DNA from: an uncultured Candidatus Thioglobus sp.
GTDB lineage: Bacteria; Pseudomonadota; Gammaproteobacteria; PS1; Pseudothioglobaceae
Direction of reading: 5' to 3'
Assembly: GCA_000205985.2 (NCBI GenBank)
Contig: GG730003.1
Location: 39-64,038 of the forward strand
Length of the DNA: 64,000 bases
The translations under genes and the position numbers were made by a program. The notes under the pieces are model-generated. The model was not told where the DNA came from. It worked only from the letters and a program-made list of their open reading frames with translations, and did not search any database. Shown piece by piece: positions 60,659 through 64,000 of this stretch. The first letter of the stretch is position 1, and every line of letters starts with the position of its first letter.

Positions 60659-60954
60659 TTCTTACCTCCAAGATGTTTCTTTGTAAATTGCCTATTGGGC
60701 ATTGCAGTTTTAAAAAACCACTCATTGCCGTCAATAACGCATGGCACCGTGTAAATGTAATTATTTATATTAACAACTAGGATTTTTTGATTGGCGTATT
60801 TCTTATTATTTGGATGTTGAATAATGTCAACCAAATCTCCACTTTCAATATGCATTACAATCTGATCAAAGCTAATACCACGAGTTTCTTTTAGCAGTAA
60901 ACTCTTTTCTTTGTTCCAATTATAAGTAATCATATTGTTAACATTATAGTACAA
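60655..60954 (-). CDS. brnT: BrnT-like toxin (RelE-superfamily-like small toxin)
   Basis: The 99-aa ORF overlaps brnA by 4 nt. W...K...L...RGISF..IV........D.......Y.NQ.I.VV.I..Y.Y.VP.V........KTA.P.R..TKK pattern. Confidence 0.6.
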   Translation of the reverse strand: MYYNVNNMITYNWNKEKSLLLKETRGISFDQIVMHIESGDLVDIIQHPNNKKYANQKILVVNINNYIYTVPCVIDGNEWFFKTAMPNRQFTKKHLGGKK

Positions 60955-60978
60955 TGTGTGCCTATTAGCAACTTATTG

Positions 60979-62364
60979 CTATGACAAGATTCTAACTCTA
61001 AATGATCGACCTTTAAGTTTGTCATTGCTGATTTTTTTTAACGCAACTTTTACCAGTTCAGAGCTCACCGCCACATAAGACCAATTACTCGACACGTTAA
61101 TCTTGCCGATTTTGTCGCCAGGAATACCACCCTTACCTGTTAAACCACCAACAATATCACCAGGACGAAGTTTTTGTTTTTTGCCACCATCAATCTTTAG
61201 TGTGGTCATTAGTGGTTTTTTAATTAGCTTATCTAAGTAACTATCGCTCGGTAGTGGATCAGTGTATCGATCAAAATCAATATCGAGTTCTAAAGCATCC
61301 AATTTGTGGGTTTCTCTGTCACCATACAAAGTACAAGCAATACCACTACGCCCTGCTCTGCCAGTACGGCCAATACGATGTACGTGCACTTCGGGATCGT
61401 GCGCAATATTAAAATTGACCACCATATCCAGTGCATCAATATCCAAACCACGCGCTGCAACATCAGTCGCTACTAAAACTGACACACTTTTGTTTGAGAA
61501 TCGAATCAGTGCTTGGTCACGCTCTCGCTGATCGAGATCGCCATGAATTGCTAACGCGTAAAATCCATAATAAACAAGTTCATCAGCCACATCCTGCGTA
61601 TCGATTTTGGTGTTACAAAAAATCAAAACAGACTCTGGTTTGTGTTTGGCCAAAAGTAGGCGCAATGCCGTCATACGATCATCTGCACTATTGGCTTTGT
61701 AAAAATACTGCTTAATGGTAGATTCTTCATGGGTAGAAGGCGCTTCAACCATTGTAGGGTTTTGCATTACTCGCTCAGCAATGCTGGCAATTTCATTTGG
61801 GAAAGTAGCACTAAACAATAAGGTTTGGCGCTTGCTTGGGATTTTTTCAATAATTTCATCAATGGTATCTTGAAAGCCCATATCAAGCATACGGTCTGCC
61901 TCGTCCAATACCAGCGTGGTGATGCTACCCAGTTTGAGTGTGCCTTTGCGCAAATGCTCTTCAATACGCCCTGGCGTACCGACCACGATATGAACACCGT
62001 GCTCTAATGAACCAATTTGCGGGCCAAAAGGTGCGCCACCACAAAGGGTCAATACTTTAATATTATGGATTGCTCTGGCCAGTTTGCGTATTTCAGTAGC
62101 TACTTGATCAGCCAACTCGCGCGTTGGGCATAAAACAATCGACTGTGCTTTAAAAGATTTAACATCAAGCTTCTGTAACAAACCCAAACCAAAAGCTGCG
62201 GTTTTACCTGAACCAGTTTTGCCTTGGCCGATAACATCTTTTCCTGAAAGTATTGCCGGCAAGCTCAACTGCTGAATAGGCGTCATTGACTGATAGCCCA
62301 ATGTGGCTAAATTTTTTAATAAGTCAGGATGTAAATCTAGCGATGAAAAATCAGTGGTGCTCAC
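60979..62364 (-). CDS. dbpA: ATP-dependent RNA helicase DbpA
   Basis: DEAD-box motifs (GKTGSGKT, DEAD, SAT, HRIGRTGRAG) plus the C-terminal DbpA RNA-binding domain (GGKKQKLRPGDIVG). Confidence 0.85.
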   Translation of the reverse strand: MSTTDFSSLDLHPDLLKNLATLGYQSMTPIQQLSLPAILSGKDVIGQGKTGSGKTAAFGLGLLQKLDVKSFKAQSIVLCPTRELADQVATEIRKLARAIHNIKVLTLCGGAPFGPQIGSLEHGVHIVVGTPGRIEEHLRKGTLKLGSITTLVLDEADRMLDMGFQDTIDEIIEKIPSKRQTLLFSATFPNEIASIAERVMQNPTMVEAPSTHEESTIKQYFYKANSADDRMTALRLLLAKHKPESVLIFCNTKIDTQDVADELVYYGFYALAIHGDLDQRERDQALIRFSNKSVSVLVATDVAARGLDIDALDMVVNFNIAHDPEVHVHRIGRTGRAGRSGIACTLYGDRETHKLDALELDIDFDRYTDPLPSDSYLDKLIKKPLMTTLKIDGGKKQKLRPGDIVGGLTGKGGIPGDKIGKINVSSNWSYVAVSSELVKVALKKISNDKLKGRSFRVRILS

Positions 62365-62400
62365 AATGGATACTCGAAAATAAGATAGGGGGATTTTACG

Positions 62401-62886
62401 CTAACTATTAATTCCTGACTTTTCAAAAACAATATTTGCTTCACCAAGTATTTTTTTATTTAGAGTTATGTTCCATGCTTGCATTCTACTGTGCCACTTT
62501 TTAAAATTTAAAAACTGAATCCAAGTTAGTTCTATAATCCTCTCTAGTTCATAATTATCATCAAACTTCACAATAATTAAATATTCGAATTTTTGTTGAA
62601 CTGGATCATCAGAATCTTTAGGTGGCAATCCATAAAAAACACCGGTAGTACTCCCAGTCAATGATTTAATGCTATATCTATTTCCATCTCTACTTATGGC
62701 GTCAATATTTTGTGTTCCTGTCGGAGCATCTTGTAGATTTGGGTAGGGCCACTAGTATTAACATAATAATCTACTGCCATTCTCTCTCCAAGATCTCCAA
62801 CAACGTTCTTTGTTCTTATAATGCTCCTATCTTCTTAATTCCTTGACAACATCACCATACAGTCTAATAATTTCTATATTATTTAA
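62401..62886 (-). pseudogene. Decayed copy of an uncharacterised PD-(D/E)xK-nuclease-like gene (left arm of the inverted duplication)
   Basis: Reverse complement matches 63626-64000+. It differs by three 1-nt insertions (extra A near 62832, two extra C near 62735-62741) that introduce stops. Only the last 86 codons (62401-62661) remain open. Confidence 0.75.
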
Positions 62887-63625
62887 GGGTCTAGATAACT
62901 TTAGAGGCATAATATCATGATAATATGCCTCTATGACAGTAAAAAACAAGTATGTAAAACATGCCCATATTTCTGAGGCTAAATTTAGACAAATAATTTT
63001 GTTGTTTTCTGAGGATTTGAGTGCAACTCAAATCTCTCATTTAACAAAGATATCAAGACCAACGGTCAATAAATATTTGACCGCTATTAGACTCAGGATC
63101 TTGGAATTATCCATGATCCAATCTGCCTTGTTAGTGGGGCAGATTGAAGTCGATGAAAGTTATTTTGGCGCACGGCGCGTCCGCGGTAAACGCGGCCGTG
63201 GCGCCAGAGGAAAAACGATAGTATTTGGCTTGTTAAAACGTGGTAATGAAGTTTATACAGAAATAGTACCAGACTGTAAAAGTGCTACTCTACAAAGGAT
63301 TATCAAGGGCAAGACTAGTGTTGATAGTGTGATTCATTCAGATGGGTGGCGAGGGTATAATGGCTTAGTAGATTTTGGTTATAAGAAGCATTTTAGAGTG
63401 CACCATGGCAAGAATGAGTTTGCACGAGGAAATGCACATATTAACGGCATAGAATCATTTTGGGGTTATGCTAAAAATAGATTGGTAAAATTTAAAGGAA
63501 TGGATAAAAAGATGTTTAATTTACACTTAAAAGAATGTGAATTTAGATTTAATAATCGCAAGCAAAATATTTATAGAATTTTGCTTGCGATTTTTAGAAA
63601 AGAGCCTCTAAAGTTATCTTGACCC
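62887..63625 (+). mobile_element. IS1595-family insertion sequence (IS1016-like size, about 739 bp)
   Basis: Single transposase ORF flanked by terminal inverted repeats GGGTCTAGATAACTTTAGAGGC / GCCTCTAAAGTTATCTTGACCC. The exact ends are ambiguous because the flanks are also inverted repeats. Confidence 0.8.
62933..63622 (+). CDS. IS1595-family (ISXO2-like DDE) transposase
   Basis: 229 aa with an N-terminal HTH, then EVDESYFG.RR.RGKRGRGA.GKT.VFG, HSDGWRGY and GIESFWGY.K.RL are ISXO2-like DDE_Tnp_IS1595 motifs. Confidence 0.88.
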   Translation: MTVKNKYVKHAHISEAKFRQIILLFSEDLSATQISHLTKISRPTVNKYLTAIRLRILELSMIQSALLVGQIEVDESYFGARRVRGKRGRGARGKTIVFGLLKRGNEVYTEIVPDCKSATLQRIIKGKTSVDSVIHSDGWRGYNGLVDFGYKKHFRVHHGKNEFARGNAHINGIESFWGYAKNRLVKFKGMDKKMFNLHLKECEFRFNNRKQNIYRILLAIFRKEPLKLS

Positions 63626-64000
63626 TTAAATAATATAGAAATTATTAGACTGTATGGTGATGTTGTCAAGGAATTAAGAGATAGGAGCATTATAAGAACA
63701 AAGAACGTTGTTGGAGATCTTGGAGAGAGAATGGCAGTAGATTATTATGTTAATACTAGTGGCCTACCAAATCTACAAGATGCTCCGACAGGAACACAAA
63801 ATATTGACGCCATAAGTAGAGATGGAAATAGATATAGCATTAAATCATTGACTGGGAGTACTACCGGTGTTTTTTATGGATTGCCACCTAAAGATTCTGA
63901 TGATCCAGTTCAACAAAAATTCGAATATTTAATTATTGTGAAGTTTGATGATAATTATGAACTAGAGAGGATTATAGAACTAACTTGGATTCAGTTTTTA
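63604..64000. repeat. Right arm of the long inverted repeat (partner 62509-62908)
   Basis: About 400 bp, with one substitution and three single-nt indels between the arms. Truncated by the window edge. Confidence 0.9.
63623..64000 (+). CDS. Uncharacterised PD-(D/E)xK-nuclease-like protein, intact copy, runs off the window end (5' end abuts the IS)
   Basis: The frame is open from 63623 to the window end: ..IEIIRLYGDVVKELRDRSIIRTKNVVGDLGERMAVDYY...NIDAISRDGNRYSIKSLTG... The D...(S)IK spacing resembles a restriction-endonuclease-like core. There is no ATG before GERMAV, so the start is uncertain. Confidence 0.5.

Noticed and set aside
62509-64000. Inverted duplication as a pure assembly or amplification chimera
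   Set aside because: This is not fully excluded. However, the two arms differ by three indels and one substitution, which identical-template chimeras would not produce, so it is reported as a finding instead.

Overview
Gene-dense, low-GC (roughly 37-38% by eye) gammaproteobacterial chromosome segment. Diagnostic synteny includes clpS-clpA, ppiB-lpxH, rplU-rpmA, rplM-rpsI, dusB-fis-purH and yibN-grxC-gpsA. Short or overlapping intergenic regions suggest a streamlined marine or symbiotic lineage, but I cannot assign a taxon. Most of the window is core housekeeping: guaA, tadA, fabDG, gcvTH, recG, cmoA, gpsA, deaD, cspA, sbcB, nth, hisHB-asd-hisC, thiD, dsbA, folKB, plsY, aceF-lpdA, nadB, def, avtA, dbpA and one tRNA-Leu(UAA). 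Accessory content is concentrated in a few places. (1) A toxin-antitoxin/Abi islet (about 28.9-34.4 kb) is inserted at the 3' end of cspA. It is bracketed by a ~230-bp direct repeat of the cspA 3' end plus terminator, and subdivided by a third copy of a 20-nt att-like core. It carries AbiEi/AbiEii, two VapBC pairs, a small beta-barrel OMP, a damaged XRE gene, HicAB and an orphan antitoxin-like ORF, with no integrase in sight. (2) An IS1595-family (IS1016-like) element at 62.9-63.6 kb sits at the centre of a >=400-bp near-perfect inverted duplication of an uncharacterised nuclease-like gene. One copy is decayed and one intact. (3) There are solitary TA pairs (MazF/PemK-like, BrnTA) and a small YadA-like adhesin. 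(4) Four housekeeping genes (clpA, ABC-2 permease, aceF, purH) have interrupted frames. Two breaks lie in homopolymers, and the aceF break is on a perfect A_AAA_AAA slippery site. (5) A 66-bp exact duplication has remodelled the 3' end of a DUF1841 gene. No CRISPR array, rRNA, prophage or integrase was seen.
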